NCBI GenBank assembly: GCA_030704615.1
Contig: CM060733.1
Location: forward strand, 46,252,001-46,316,000
Direction of reading: 5' to 3'
DNA: 64,000 nt
DNA from: Takakia lepidozioides
Taxonomy: Eukaryota; Plantae; Bryophyta
The position numbers and the translations under genes are program-made. The notes beneath the pieces were generated by a model. It worked only from the letters and a program-made list of their open reading frames with translations, did not search any database and was not told where the DNA came from. Positions 11,053 to 22,370 of the stretch are shown piece after piece (within the stretch, counting starts at the first letter, position 1; the number at the start of each line of letters is the position of its first letter).

Positions 11053-12545
11053 ATGGAAGGACAAAGCCGCAATCTTATGACAGAGCTCATGATTTTGATG
11101 AGCATCTGGGCTGGCATCACTTCCTTGCTGCCTACTGCATGTGTCTTGGCGGCCTCTATGGGACCACCGAAAAGCTCCTATGTCACTGTCACCCAAGTTA
11201 TCCCTCAAGCACTCTCTGCAATGGTGAAAGGTCTAGTGTTGTGCGATCCATGTTTCCATGGCAATTTCACTCCGTTCAATAGCCCTCTTCCCGGTAAGTT
11301 AGAGATATCCGTGCACAAACTTAGCATATTCCTTCCTTTCCATGGCCATGGACATAGGGAGTAGAATGCGCATCACAACTATATTTATCAAACAAGTTAT
11401 GTGCATGCAACTTGTGAGAACTGACCACTTAATTCTACATTCTAGGATTTTGCGAAGAGCATGCACGTTCTCCCTGCCTTTTACTGGCATTTTCTGCAGG
11501 TCAGGCTATGAAGTGTCAACCCGAGGCCCATCCGCACATGTGCTGTGCTTCTGCAGGTCCAGCTCGAACATCTTTCAGAGAGAAATAACCTCGACAGTCA
11601 GTTAATAAGAGCCTCAAAGACATGTTGGGTCAGACGAGGCTAGTCCCGACTGGAACTGGATTTCACCAAGTGGTTTTGATAAAGGCATGATCTCAAGGTC
11701 TTTGTTGTCAACCAGGTGCAAGGGTGAACCTGCACTGTGAAGATGGGAGGGCAGCTGATGCTTCTGACTATTTTTCAAAGTATGTCCACACCAACAGAAA
11801 TGGCGCGTTCACGTTCACTGTCAGTAATTTGTACTATTTGAAACATGGAGTTCGTGGTTGCAAAGTTATTCTGCTCCAAAGCCCTGACCCCTCCTGCAGC
11901 AATCCAAGCAGCCTCTCCATGAAAGGAACGAGCAACCCTGAAGCTCACAAGATGTTTGTCGATCTGACCTCTTGTTCTTTTTGGCACAGTAGCGAGGTTC
12001 AAAATGCACCTTTTGATTCGATGTGGTGGAGACTCAGAGCCGTGGTGGAGGAGGAGGCGTCAACGGAGAATTCTGAGCCACAAGCACTCGTGTGGATGGA
12101 GAGGACCAAGGACATGCCCAGAGGGTCTACATGGCCAGATGCAAAACGACTACTCTTTGTTATCTACCCATTTCTATACCAACCAGATCAGCTATACAAG
12201 AGAAGGAGTAACTGCAGATCATGGTATGCGAACCATGATGGCATACCCGGAGAGAAGTGTAGGTGCTTCAACGCTCAAGGATACCGAAGGAAGTCGCCCA
12301 CGTTCATGAGGCCCAACCCATTCCTTCGCCGGACGCCTGGAATTAACTACAACGTGCCAGCGTTCACGACACCATACCCTGATCCAGGTCCATTCCCGCC
12401 GGTTCAGTGGCCCACCCCCGCACCTCAATCCTTGGCCCCTCTACCGGCACCGCCCCCTGCGACTGTCCCACCTCCCCCTTGGTTTGAACCTCCATTCCAC
12501 AGAAGTTCAAGGTCTCGAAATGATCAGGAACTGGACTTTCCATAA
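11053..12545 (+). CDS. Pollen Ole e 1 allergen/extensin-family secreted protein with Pro-rich tail (exons 11053-11293, 11716-12545)
   Basis: Hydrophobic N-terminal signal-like segment, VKGLVLCDPC, PLPG|ARVNLHC, TNRNGAF, CKVILLQSPDPSC, PFLYQP and a C-terminal PAPPP/PPPP region. Phase-1 intron G|gtaag...accag|GT. The start may be a later ATG (11077 or 11089). Confidence 0.85.
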
Positions 12546-14094
12546 GTAACATACACTTGTACGTACTCGTGGCTTAAAACTCATTCCTTGAACTTAAAAA
12601 GTACTATGTTGTGAGTGATCCATTTGTCGGCTCTCGAATTGGAATTGGTAATGGTAGGAGTGTGTCAGAGGGTCCCACCCAATCCTAACGGTTACATCTC
12701 GAGTTTAGCAACTGGGGAACTGTATGGATTAGCAGTTGAGCTACCAACGCTCAGGCCTGCCAGATTGCTTTGCTCACTTCCATTACTCATCCTATTGACA
12801 TGGCGGATTTGTTCATCTAACATACCAGAAATAAGTAACGAGTGTCTAAGATATGAATTCAGTGGACGACAGGCCCTTTGTCTGAAGCTGAGTGTCAAAG
12901 CAGCTCCAGAAAACTTTTACTGCCATGGATAGTCCAGATGAGGCCAGATGATACCGGTGAAGGAACCCCAGACTAGCTGGCAACCTTCATGGATCACATT
13001 TGTGATAAGGTAGACACTAGACACGTTTCCACCAGACGCTCAAGCAAAAAGTGCGGCAAAGACTAGCAAGGACAGTCAAACTTGAAAGAAGAACGTTCGG
13101 CCTAGATTGTAGCGATCTCTCATCAAGGTTTGAAAATCTTTACAAGCTATTCCTTTGAGCGTTAGGCCTAGATTGTAGTGATAGATCTCTCATCATCAAG
13201 GTCTCTAGCCAACCAGCTATCTTTGAAAATGTTTACAAGCTATTCCAGCTTCCAGTCATTGACATTCATGCATGTCAGTGGTAAAACAACTAACGCTGAA
13301 TGGGACCCACAGGTGAAGGCGGCATTTAACTATGGCAAGCGAGCACTGTTGAAACCACAACGTCGGTGAGCATCCAAGTCGTTGGGTCCCACTGTGTGCC
13401 CGCTCGCACCGCGCAGGCGTACGTTGACAGAGCTCACCGCCCTGCCCTCTGGATGCTGCCTTGGGCCAAATTCCCTCTGTACTATCAAGCAGACAGATAC
13501 GCGCGCAATGTCAAAGGGGGTATACTCAGTATGTGGGCATCTCTACATTTATGAGATACCGTGTGTGCAGGAGACAAAAGCGAGCGTCCCTCCAAAAGCG
13601 AGTATCTTTGACACCCTCCACACCCTCTCCTCGCCCTCTGTATCGCAAACTCTTCTAGAACCGCCAAAAGCCTCCGAGTCCCCCCTTCCAGACGAGTTGA
13701 CCCTTCCATTCTAACGTCGAAAGGGGTCGAGAGCGGACGGAACGGAAGGTATTCCGTCCCCACCGCCCGCCCGTCCCGTTGGGGACGTGTTCACGATTCC
13801 ACGGCCGTCGCAGTGGAAGGGTAAATAACTGACGGCGTTGACAAGGCGTATGTCAACTCATTTAGCGCGCTGTATCGCTGGCGTATACGAACGAGTCGGC
13901 GTATCGCTGGTAGCCGCCAAGGCAGACCTAGTGTAGCTTTGTGTTCTATTTCTCTCTCTCTTGCCTCGCTCCTTCAAAGTCTGCCAGCGATGGCCGCGCC
14001 AGTCGTCATATCAATGCGCCTCCACAACGGACTTGTACAAGAGCTCCGTGCAGTGATGCGAGACATCGAGGTGACTGCAGTTGCAGCGGAATCT

Positions 14095-14327
14095 GAAGAC
14101 ACTGTTATTATTTGAAAGAGGTTTAAAGGAGGTGTGATCTGGTGATCTAGTGAAGTGGAGTGGAGAGAAGATTGAGATTGTGCTGTTTACGGTAGGAGCG
14201 AGGGATAGATCGAAGAAACTGTTATTATTTGAAAGAGGTTTAAAGGAGGTGAGAACTGGTGGTCTAGTGAAGTGGAGTGGAGAGAAGATTGAGATTGTGC
14301 TGATTACGGGAGGACGAGGGATAGATC
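14095..14327 (+). repeat. Two-copy ~117-bp tandem duplication upstream of the U-box gene
   Basis: Near-identical copies start at 14095 and 14212 (gaaga.actgttattatttgaaagaggtttaaaggagg...gagggatagatc). Confidence 0.95.
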
Positions 14328-14406
14328 GAGAGGCCTGAGAAGTAGAGGGAAGTGATTGTCTGAGAGGCATTGCAAGGAAGAGGGAGTGTGAAAGGTTAGA
14401 GTGTGT

Positions 14407-16449
14407 ATGGCCGTGTCGTGGCCTGCGCCAGTACATAAGCGCAGGCGGTCGCTGATGGCGGCGATTGATCCACCTCCCAGTCCTTCGGCCGCTTCTTCCT
14501 TGGTGAAAGAGTTGTTGTGCTTGATTCAAGAGGTTGCGGGATGCGAGAGGATTGGAGTGTGTCAGAAGCGGAATGTGGCCAACATTATTCGTAGGATTAA
14601 GCTTCTTTCTCCCTTATTTGAAGAGATTAAGGACTCGCGTCCTGCTCTGCCTCCATCTGCCGCTCTGGCCTTTCGAGATCTGCATGTTATGATGCAGAGA
14701 TCAAAGCTGCTGCTTGACGACTGCAGCGATGGTAGCTGTTTCTGGCTGCTTATGGAGAACGAGTCGATGGCGCAGCAGTTTCACGAGCTCACGCAGAGCA
14801 TGGCGGTAGCGCTGGACGGGCTTCCCTTGGATTTGTTGGAGCTTTCAGACGAGGTCAGGGAACAGGTGGAGTTGGTGCGAATACAAGTGAAGAGAGCAAA
14901 GTGTTTCCTGGACCCTGTGGAGATACAGCTGCGTGAGGAGGTGCATGCACTGCTGAAGGACGTAGAAAGGAAGGAGGCCCCCGACTCTGCACAATTGCGG
15001 AAGTTGTTTGCAAAGCTTCATCTGTTCAGTAGCAAGGATTGCCAGAAAGAGCTGGAGAGGTTGGGCGAGGAAATGAGCAATGACTCGAGCAGCAATGAAA
15101 TCATCCTCACCAGCTTAATTAGCTTCGTACGTTACGGCAAATGTGTGCTGTTAGACGGGGTAACGGAGCTGGTAAATTCTGTGGACTCGTCGCGTGATCC
15201 GACCACATATCCAGACTCCGGGGAGGTGTCAACGAGTGGCAGAGAGCCAGTAGGGCGCGTCAATCCGCCAGATGAATTCCGGTGTCCCATTAGTCTAGAC
15301 CTGATGCGTGATCCCGTGATTGTTTCAACGGGCCAAACCTATGACCGTGCATCGATTTCACGATGGCTGCAGGCAGGACATTCTACATGTCCGAAGAGTG
15401 GGCAAAAACTCCTGCATACGAGCTTGATCCCTAACTATGCCCTCCGTAGCCTTATCAGCCAGTGGTGTGAAGATCATCGTATGCCGTTTGAGAAACCAGA
15501 CAAGGTTGGCAAGAAGGGTAACGGGGCTGACCACATCGCAACTAGTAGCGCAGCTCTGGAGGTTACTAAGATGACAGCGAGTTTTCTTGTAGGGAAGCTT
15601 GCCAGTACTGAAAACCCCGAGGTAAAGAAACAGGTAGCCTATGAGTTGAGGCTGCTTGCGAAATGCGGCATGGAAAATCGCATGTGCATTGCTGAGGCTG
15701 GAGCTGTCCCATTTCTCGTTCCCCTTCTTTCTTCTTGCGATTCTAAAACACAAGAGAATGCCGTCACCGCTCTTCTAAACTTATCCATCTATGACAATAA
15801 CAAGTCGTTGATCGTAGATGCTGGGGCACTGGATCCTATTCTGGAAGTCTTGAGGACTGGCGGCAGCATGGAGGCAAGGGAAAATGCAGCAGCGACTCTT
15901 TTCAGTTTGTCAGTGGTGGATCAGTACAAGATTTTGATCGGAGACATTCCCGTCGCCATCCCTGCCTTGGTCAAACTTCTCTGCGAGGGTACAACAAGAG
16001 GTAAGAAAGATGCAGCTACTGCGTTGTTCAATCTGGCTGTCTACCATGGCAATAAGGCCAAAATCGTAGCTTCAGGGGCCATTCGAGTCCTTGTAGCTCT
16101 CCTCGCCGACGAGGAAGCAGGTATCACTGATGATGCTGTGGCGGTGCTTGCTCTTGTTGCTGGATCTGCTGAGGGTCTTAGCGCCATCAGGGAGACGGAC
16201 GCCATTCCCGTTTTGGTCAGCCTGTTGAGGTCAGCTTCACCTAAGGGCAAGGAGAATTCCATCGCAGTGCTACTTGCCTTGTGTCGGAATGGAGGTGACC
16301 AGACCTTATCTAAGTTGCTCCAGGTTAACACAGCCGTTCCTTCTCTTTACACGCTACTAACTATGGGCACCCCCAGGGCCAAGCGCAAGGCGGGCTCCCT
16401 TCTCAAGCTTCTTCATAGGTCGGAGCCCATGAGCAGCACCACCAGATAG
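14407..16449 (+). CDS. Plant U-box/ARM-repeat E3 ubiquitin ligase (UND-U-box-ARM, PUB16/17-like), intronless
   Basis: 680-aa ORF from ATG 14407. U-box PPDEFRCPISLDLMRDPVIVSTGQTYDRASISRW...TCPKSGQ...LIPNYALRSLISQWC, ARM repeats (QENAVTALLNLS, ARENAAATLFSLS, GKKDAATALFNL, GKENSIAVLLALC) and an N-terminal RRRS segment recalled from the PUB16/17 clade. Confidence 0.95.
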   Translation: MAVSWPAPVHKRRRSLMAAIDPPPSPSAASSLVKELLCLIQEVAGCERIGVCQKRNVANIIRRIKLLSPLFEEIKDSRPALPPSAALAFRDLHVMMQRSKLLLDDCSDGSCFWLLMENESMAQQFHELTQSMAVALDGLPLDLLELSDEVREQVELVRIQVKRAKCFLDPVEIQLREEVHALLKDVERKEAPDSAQLRKLFAKLHLFSSKDCQKELERLGEEMSNDSSSNEIILTSLISFVRYGKCVLLDGVTELVNSVDSSRDPTTYPDSGEVSTSGREPVGRVNPPDEFRCPISLDLMRDPVIVSTGQTYDRASISRWLQAGHSTCPKSGQKLLHTSLIPNYALRSLISQWCEDHRMPFEKPDKVGKKGNGADHIATSSAALEVTKMTASFLVGKLASTENPEVKKQVAYELRLLAKCGMENRMCIAEAGAVPFLVPLLSSCDSKTQENAVTALLNLSIYDNNKSLIVDAGALDPILEVLRTGGSMEARENAAATLFSLSVVDQYKILIGDIPVAIPALVKLLCEGTTRGKKDAATALFNLAVYHGNKAKIVASGAIRVLVALLADEEAGITDDAVAVLALVAGSAEGLSAIRETDAIPVLVSLLRSASPKGKENSIAVLLALCRNGGDQTLSKLLQVNTAVPSLYTLLTMGTPRAKRKAGSLLKLLHRSEPMSSTTR

Positions 16450-17167
16450 CAATGCTGCTTATTAGAGGATTATAGATTGGGAGAAAATTTTCTCCCCACT
16501 GATTACTTAGAGCCGCCTGGTCGTGAACTTTCGACCGGCTGCCATACTGTACTGTATATCGAATCCATTCATTTATTCTTTCGCAGTTGTCTAAAAGGAG
16601 GATTTGGCAAGGAATCTCAATATGTATTTCATACTGGCAAGTAATTTGTGTGATACCCTCTTCTTCCACCTTCTTCAACATGAAGAATGGCGGTTCTAGC
16701 ATCCTCATGGAAAATCTGGAATGGAAGTGAAGACAGAGAGGAAAGGAAGGCTGAAGCTCATAGCCAGACTCTACCTTCCTTTGACAAAGTCATCAATTCT
16801 TCCTCAGAACATTACAGCTAGTGTAACAAGCAGTGACTGGTTTCATGCTGACATCAATCACATTTGATATTTCCAACAACAATCAGGTCTCGTGCTCAAA
16901 TTGCACCTTCAATACACACATCTCATACCGGTCTTATGAGACTGGAGATCTTTTCTACTTTCAAAGTGTTTGCCTGTGTGGTTTGGCAAGAGGTCAATAT
17001 CCCTCTGCAAAGCCACCCTATTATACTCAGCAACAAAGTACTTGTAGCTGGAGAGACCTTCCCCCTCTCTAGTTGTCAACACAGGAGGTGGTAGGCAATT
17101 AACCACCTCTGGAGGTTTTCGCGGATTCTGTGTTACAGATGAGAACTAGAGGTACTAGTGGACTTCA

Positions 17168-18756
17168 TCAAAGATCAGAACCCAAGGACTTGACAAGCCA
17201 ATGCAGGTGTGCGCGAAGCTGGCGGGCCGCTGGATAACTAAGGTCTCTTGGAACCCCCACCTTGTCTCTTAAATTTGCAGCTGCCATGGCCACTTGTCTT
17301 GGTAAGGTAGTGGGAATCTCTTCCACATTGTCTACGCCCAACAAGAGAGCATTGGCCACACAGCGAAACCCGAGATCAACAGCTTCCCGGTATCTTTCTC
17401 CCTGATCCATTCCCCTCATTGCAAAACCAACAACCTTTTCATGATTGCTAATTACAGTCTTTGCCGCCTCTATTTTGGCGCCACTGCTCCCAGTTCCATC
17501 GTCCTTTCCCCAGGCTGTCTCTTCCAGTTTCAATGGAAGCTCCCAGCCTCCATCTTTCCCATTGATTTTATCTCGGTATGCAGCCCCCGAGCGTAAAGAC
17601 TTGCAAGGGCCAATCTGCGGCTCCAGGGTATGCGTGATGGTGAAATCATCTGACTTGACTGCCTGAAAGGAGGATCGAGAATCCATGGCATCAAACCATT
17701 CCTCCACAGCTGGCCACCTCCCCCCTCCTCGGATCACCAATCCCTGCCAATACGGCATGCTTGCTGCTATCCTCTCAAGAAATGGGGCATACACTGCATC
17801 CACCAGCGAAAACTGCAACCACCAGACGTGAGTGAACTCTATTCTTCTGCAAGGAATGTTGGATTCATACTCTTTCAAGCTGCTTTACATCTTGTGGGCG
17901 GATGCTCAGCATTCTGATGTCAGTTGCAGGTGGTATAGATGTTTAGACGCGACTAATGATTCAATCATACTGAATTGTTCCACAGTTGTTCCAGCCTGAG
18001 TAGCCCATCGACGGCCGCCCTCTCTGTTGTGCCATTGACTGGCAACAAGGGATTCCTGTCTGCAAACCTGTCCTCAATCATCATCATTATGTCCAGGGAT
18101 TCCGTGAACACCTTGCCATCCAGTTGGAGTGCCGGGATGAGACCGGATGGTACCATCCGCATAAACCATTCGGGCTTGTCACCATAGCACCGCATGTTAA
18201 TCTTCTCGACAATGTATGGGATTTGCTTCTCCTCAAGCTGGAGCCAGACCCGCTCGCAGTAAGGACACCACGACGAATTGTCTCTGTAAAACACCAGAGT
18301 GACTTCTTTCTCGGAATCGAATGCGCGCTTCTTTGCCTGTGGTAGCCGTTCGGGCGCTTCTGACCCAATCCCCCCCGACTTCTCAAGCAGGGTTTCCCAC
18401 GATGGAGTGGATTCCATTAAGCTACATGGAACCCCTGTGGCTGCCATGCCCGCGTTGATCAATCCAGCCTGCCTCTTTCCTAACTTTTGGGTCCCCGCTG
18501 ACAGCAATTTCTCGAATTGCGCCCCTCTGAAACCCAATTTTACAACCAAATCCGTGCGACAAACCCACCTTCCGTGAACTTCCGATGAAAGACGAGGGTA
18601 ATTTGAAAGCAACGGGGATGGCGGCCTTCTACACTGAGCATCCACAAACCAATTTCTGGACGGACCCACCTGCTTGGTAATTGAAGCTGCGACAGAAATG
18701 AGTGACAAGGGTCCCGCGGGCAACACAAGTGTGGGCATGGAGCGAGTAGGCAGCAT
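17168..18756 (-). CDS. Cys-type glutathione transferase, iota class-like, with transit-peptide-like N-terminus (exons 18756-17971, 17812-17168); appears internally deleted
   Basis: Motifs YRDNSSWCPYCERVWLQLEEKQIPY.VEKINMRCYG, VPSGLIPALQLDG..TES, FSLVDAVYAPFLER and C-terminal VGVPRDLSYPAARQLRAHL are typical of cyanobacteria-like/iota GSTs. A phase-0 intron gtatga...ttgcag joins the two ORFs in frame. Confidence 0.85.
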
Positions 18757-19507
18757 ACTGTGCCTCGACTTCCAACTTTCGATTGCCTACCGGAGCTCTT
18801 AGCTGCATACTCTCTTCCGCAGAAACCACCTCAACATATTTCCTCACACAAGGCTCCTCTCTCTCTTTTCAGGTATATATATATCTCTCTCTCTCATGTT
18901 TTCTTCCATTTTGTCCCATAAGCTTCCGCGGACGTTATAAAGCACCATTTCATTTCATTTCTCTTTATACACACAGGGAAACAGAAACATCCACCATATG
19001 TTCCTTCACAATTGAACTTCATACTAATAAGCATCAAAACAGATAGACTGCATGAGTGACCAGAAACGTTCATCCATTCAGAAACATTTCAAATACTGAA
19101 TTATTCCGTGAAATTAATTTGGTCTGGGAAAATCTCATAAGCTTTTTCCGGCCCTGGCCAGGCCATAACTCTCTGCTCAACTGAGCGGACTCAGCAATCC
19201 AATACTAAGGGTGTGAAACACTTAGGTACACTGATATGTCTTTACATCAGCACATAGAAACGACAAGATCAAGGAGTGCAGGACAAAGTTTAGCCAACAA
19301 AACTCTTCCATAAACTCAAATAACCTTAAATTTTCATCATAAGTGACATACATAGGAAAGAGGTCCATTGGTGAAATGTGACTTTTGATGGATATTAAAC
19401 TTGGAGAAATTATTCTTTGAGAAAAGAGTTTTGTCTCATTTCTCAGCCTTCATGGCTTTGTAAGGTTATTTGCGTGGAGCTCAAGACTATTTTAGAGATC
19501 CCTACCA

Positions 19508-19690
19508 AAAATTAAAAAATAAATGACGCCTCCGGAAGGGAGTGTAACTTATGGTGTCACTTGACCCCGAAGGACTACTGCCTTCCAGCAAGACGGTGGA
19601 CACCTTCATGACACACCAAACTGTGGTTTGAACCCACAACCACATCAACGTGGTATGTGCCCATTACCACTGGGCTACATGCTGGTTGTT
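19508..19690 (-). mobile_element. tRNA-derived SINE (~183 bp) with 11-bp target-site duplication
   Basis: Perfect direct repeat GATCCCTACCA at 19497-19507 and 19691-19701. The minus strand carries box A TAGCCCAGTGG, box B GGTTCAAACC and a T-rich 3' tail. Confidence 0.88.
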
Positions 19691-20894
19691 GATCCCTACC
19701 ACACTTCTCTCTTCTACTTTTCTCTTGTTATTGCTTGAAAACTTAAGAAGGAAATGTCTCCTGCCTCTTCCCCCGGAGCAAAATCCTTGCCATGAAAGCT
19801 AGCCATTGCATAGCTCTCTTTGAGCAAAACGCCATATCGCAACAAAATGTGAGCCCCATGATCTTCTCCAGACCTCCACTAGTAGAATATTAAGATCTTC
19901 ACTAAATCAAGAATGGATTCAACTTGTTCTACTTATACACCAGGTCCTTCATCCACTCATCCTTACCGAGACGACTATACTCTCTCGTCGATAATCTCTC
20001 TTGTCGGTAGATGTCTTTGTGGGCATGGTGGAATCTAGTTCTTTCGGTGGAATATTCGTTAATAAAATATTTGAATTCAAATGACTGGAGTTATGAAACA
20101 TATTGTTCAATTAGACCGGTTTCATTTCTGATTCTTGATGTACATGAGTCTATGAGGTTGATGGTAGCCTGGTGTTATTGCCAATCATTAGGTTGCTTGC
20201 TCAAATGCAAATTCATGGCTTTCATAGTAAGTTGAAATGAGAGACACAAGAGAGCAAAAAACAAGGAATAAAATTGATGGTTAAAGAGGAGTATTCACCT
20301 TTCCATCAATATATCCATCCGTAGATCTCGACATTGGTTTGGATATATCCCAAAAAATTGCAGCATCATGGTAAAATTTGTTAGTCGTCATGTAGCGGAC
20401 TCCAGCCTCATGCACAACAAAGAGCCTTGAGCCTGCAATCCTTACCACAAACGACATCTCGTTTACCAGGAGTGAGACCTCTAAGTTATGGCTCACCGAC
20501 GCCGACCCAAACCGCCTCGTTCCAGAACCATAGAGTCTGCAACCCTCTTCTGATATTCTGTGGGCCATGGAACTATCAGCTGCGAAGCCCTCACAAACGC
20601 TAGCATCTCTATTTATACTCTTAGTCAACAGCAGCTTGCAATTGCAAACGTCTAGTTCACATGAAAAATGTATCAAAACTCAATAGTTGTCAGAAGGAAT
20701 GAAAATGGTGCTTACCCCCTCTTTCAAAGTAAGAATGGTGTGAATTGCATCTTCCAGCTCCATATCATTTGTATACCTACTCACTTAATAAATCCCCCCA
20801 ACCACACATATATGCACATTCATCAACAGTTTTCTGAGGACAAATGGCAAGCCAACTCACCAAAAGAACAGTGATAAACAAAAGAGGGGGAGAA

Positions 20895-21179
20895 TGTACT
20901 CATGAGACGTTTGTTGTAGCCTTGTGGCCATAGACCCTGCCCCCGGTTTGGGCGGAACAAGAGGGAACAGACACTACCTTGTCAGTGGCTCGCTCCAGTA
21001 GTGAACATAAACAATTGGTTCGGGCTTTCCAGATTTCCTCTAGAAATCCCTCCACACAAGCATCAATCTGCTGTGTGTGAGCTGCCTAGCAATTAAACCC
21101 CAATAGGGCCAGGGCCTTAGGCTCAGCCTCAAGATAAGAGTGTACTCATAAGACTTTATTCGCCATAGCCTTGTGACCA
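20895..21179 (+). repeat. Dispersed LTR-like repeat (one ~240-bp unit plus the start of a second at 21141); homologous to 44854-45087 (-)
   Basis: Starts TGTACTCATGAGAC directly after a polypurine tract AAAAGAGGGGGAGAA. It shares agccttgtggcca, actaccttgtcag, cacaagcatcaatctgctgtgtgtga and ggctcagcctc blocks with the HEMC intron copy. Confidence 0.7.
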
Positions 21180-21402
21180 AGGCGGGAGAGAGAGGTAGAA
21201 AGAAAGAAGAGAAATAACATTTTTAGCATCCATTGGAAGCCAAATAGCTTGTGGAATAAGAGACAAAATGAACCCATAGAGCTCCAAGAACAGTACCTTC
21301 ATAAACATTCAAGTGCCTGCAATAAATTACAAAAAGAAAGTTGAGTTGACAATAAGAAGAGATAGCAACCTTTTCTCTAGGAAGATCTTTATATTGGAAA
21401 CA

Positions 21403-22370
21403 TTTTTCCCGATTGCAGATGCCTTGGTGGAGTGATGAACCGTGTTAGAGTTTATACTGGAAAGCCTGGGTTGAAGGCAGTCATAGCGGACGCGTTGAGA
21501 GGCGAGAATAGACACACAGCTGAAATTCAAAGGGCCCAGGCGAGGGTAACAAGGTGGAGCACTTGATCAAAAGTGGTGACATTCTCAGAAGAGAAAATGT
21601 AGCTACGGGGTTCCGTAGATGTTTACACTGATGCTTTGTCTTTAGTGCAGGAGCCCATCCCAACATCTCAATTGGTTAGAGAGACGGCTCCGTGATGTAG
21701 GAGTTTACCCAGTCTGGTTAGGTCCATTATCTTTTGTACTTTCATAGCTGCTCTAAAGCTTTCCATCCAGCTTGATCTGACTGACTGCGACTCATGAACC
21801 TCCATACAATGTGGTCTATGTTTTCTTCCTTGGGGTTTGTTGTAAGGTGATAGAACAGAAGTCAGAAATACTATGTTTTCTTCCTTTCATTTTTTTCCCG
21901 ATTGCAGATGCCTTGGTGGAGTGATGAACCGTGTGTTAGAGTTAACTGGAAAGCCTGGGTTGAAAGGCAGTCATAGGCGGACGCGTTGAGAGGCGAGAAT
22001 AGACAAACAGCTGAAAGTTCAAAGGGCCCAGGCGAGGGTAACAAGGTGGAGCACTTGATCAAAAGTGGTGACATTCTCAGAAGAGAAATGTAGCTACGGG
22101 GGTTCCGTTAGATGTTTACACTGATGCTTTGGTCTTAGTGCAGGAGCCCATCCCAAATCTTCAACCCCTATTGGTTCGGAGAGACGGCTCCGTGATGTAG
22201 GAGTTTACCCAGTCTGGGGTAGGTCATTATCTTTTGTACTTTCATAGCTGCTCTAAAGCTTTCCATCCAGCTTGATCTGACTGACTGCGACTCATGAACC
22301 TCCATACAATGTGGTCTATGTTATCTTCCTTGGGGTTTGTTGTAAGGTGATAGAACAGAAGTCAGAATAC
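21403..22370. repeat. Two-copy ~480-bp tandem duplication of degenerate TE-like sequence (possible assembly artefact)
   Basis: Copies at 21403-21871 and about 21892-22370 differ mostly by single-base indels. Confidence 0.9.

Noticed and set aside
14011-14529. 172-aa antisense ORF
   Set aside because: Product of the purine-rich tandem duplication on the opposite strand.
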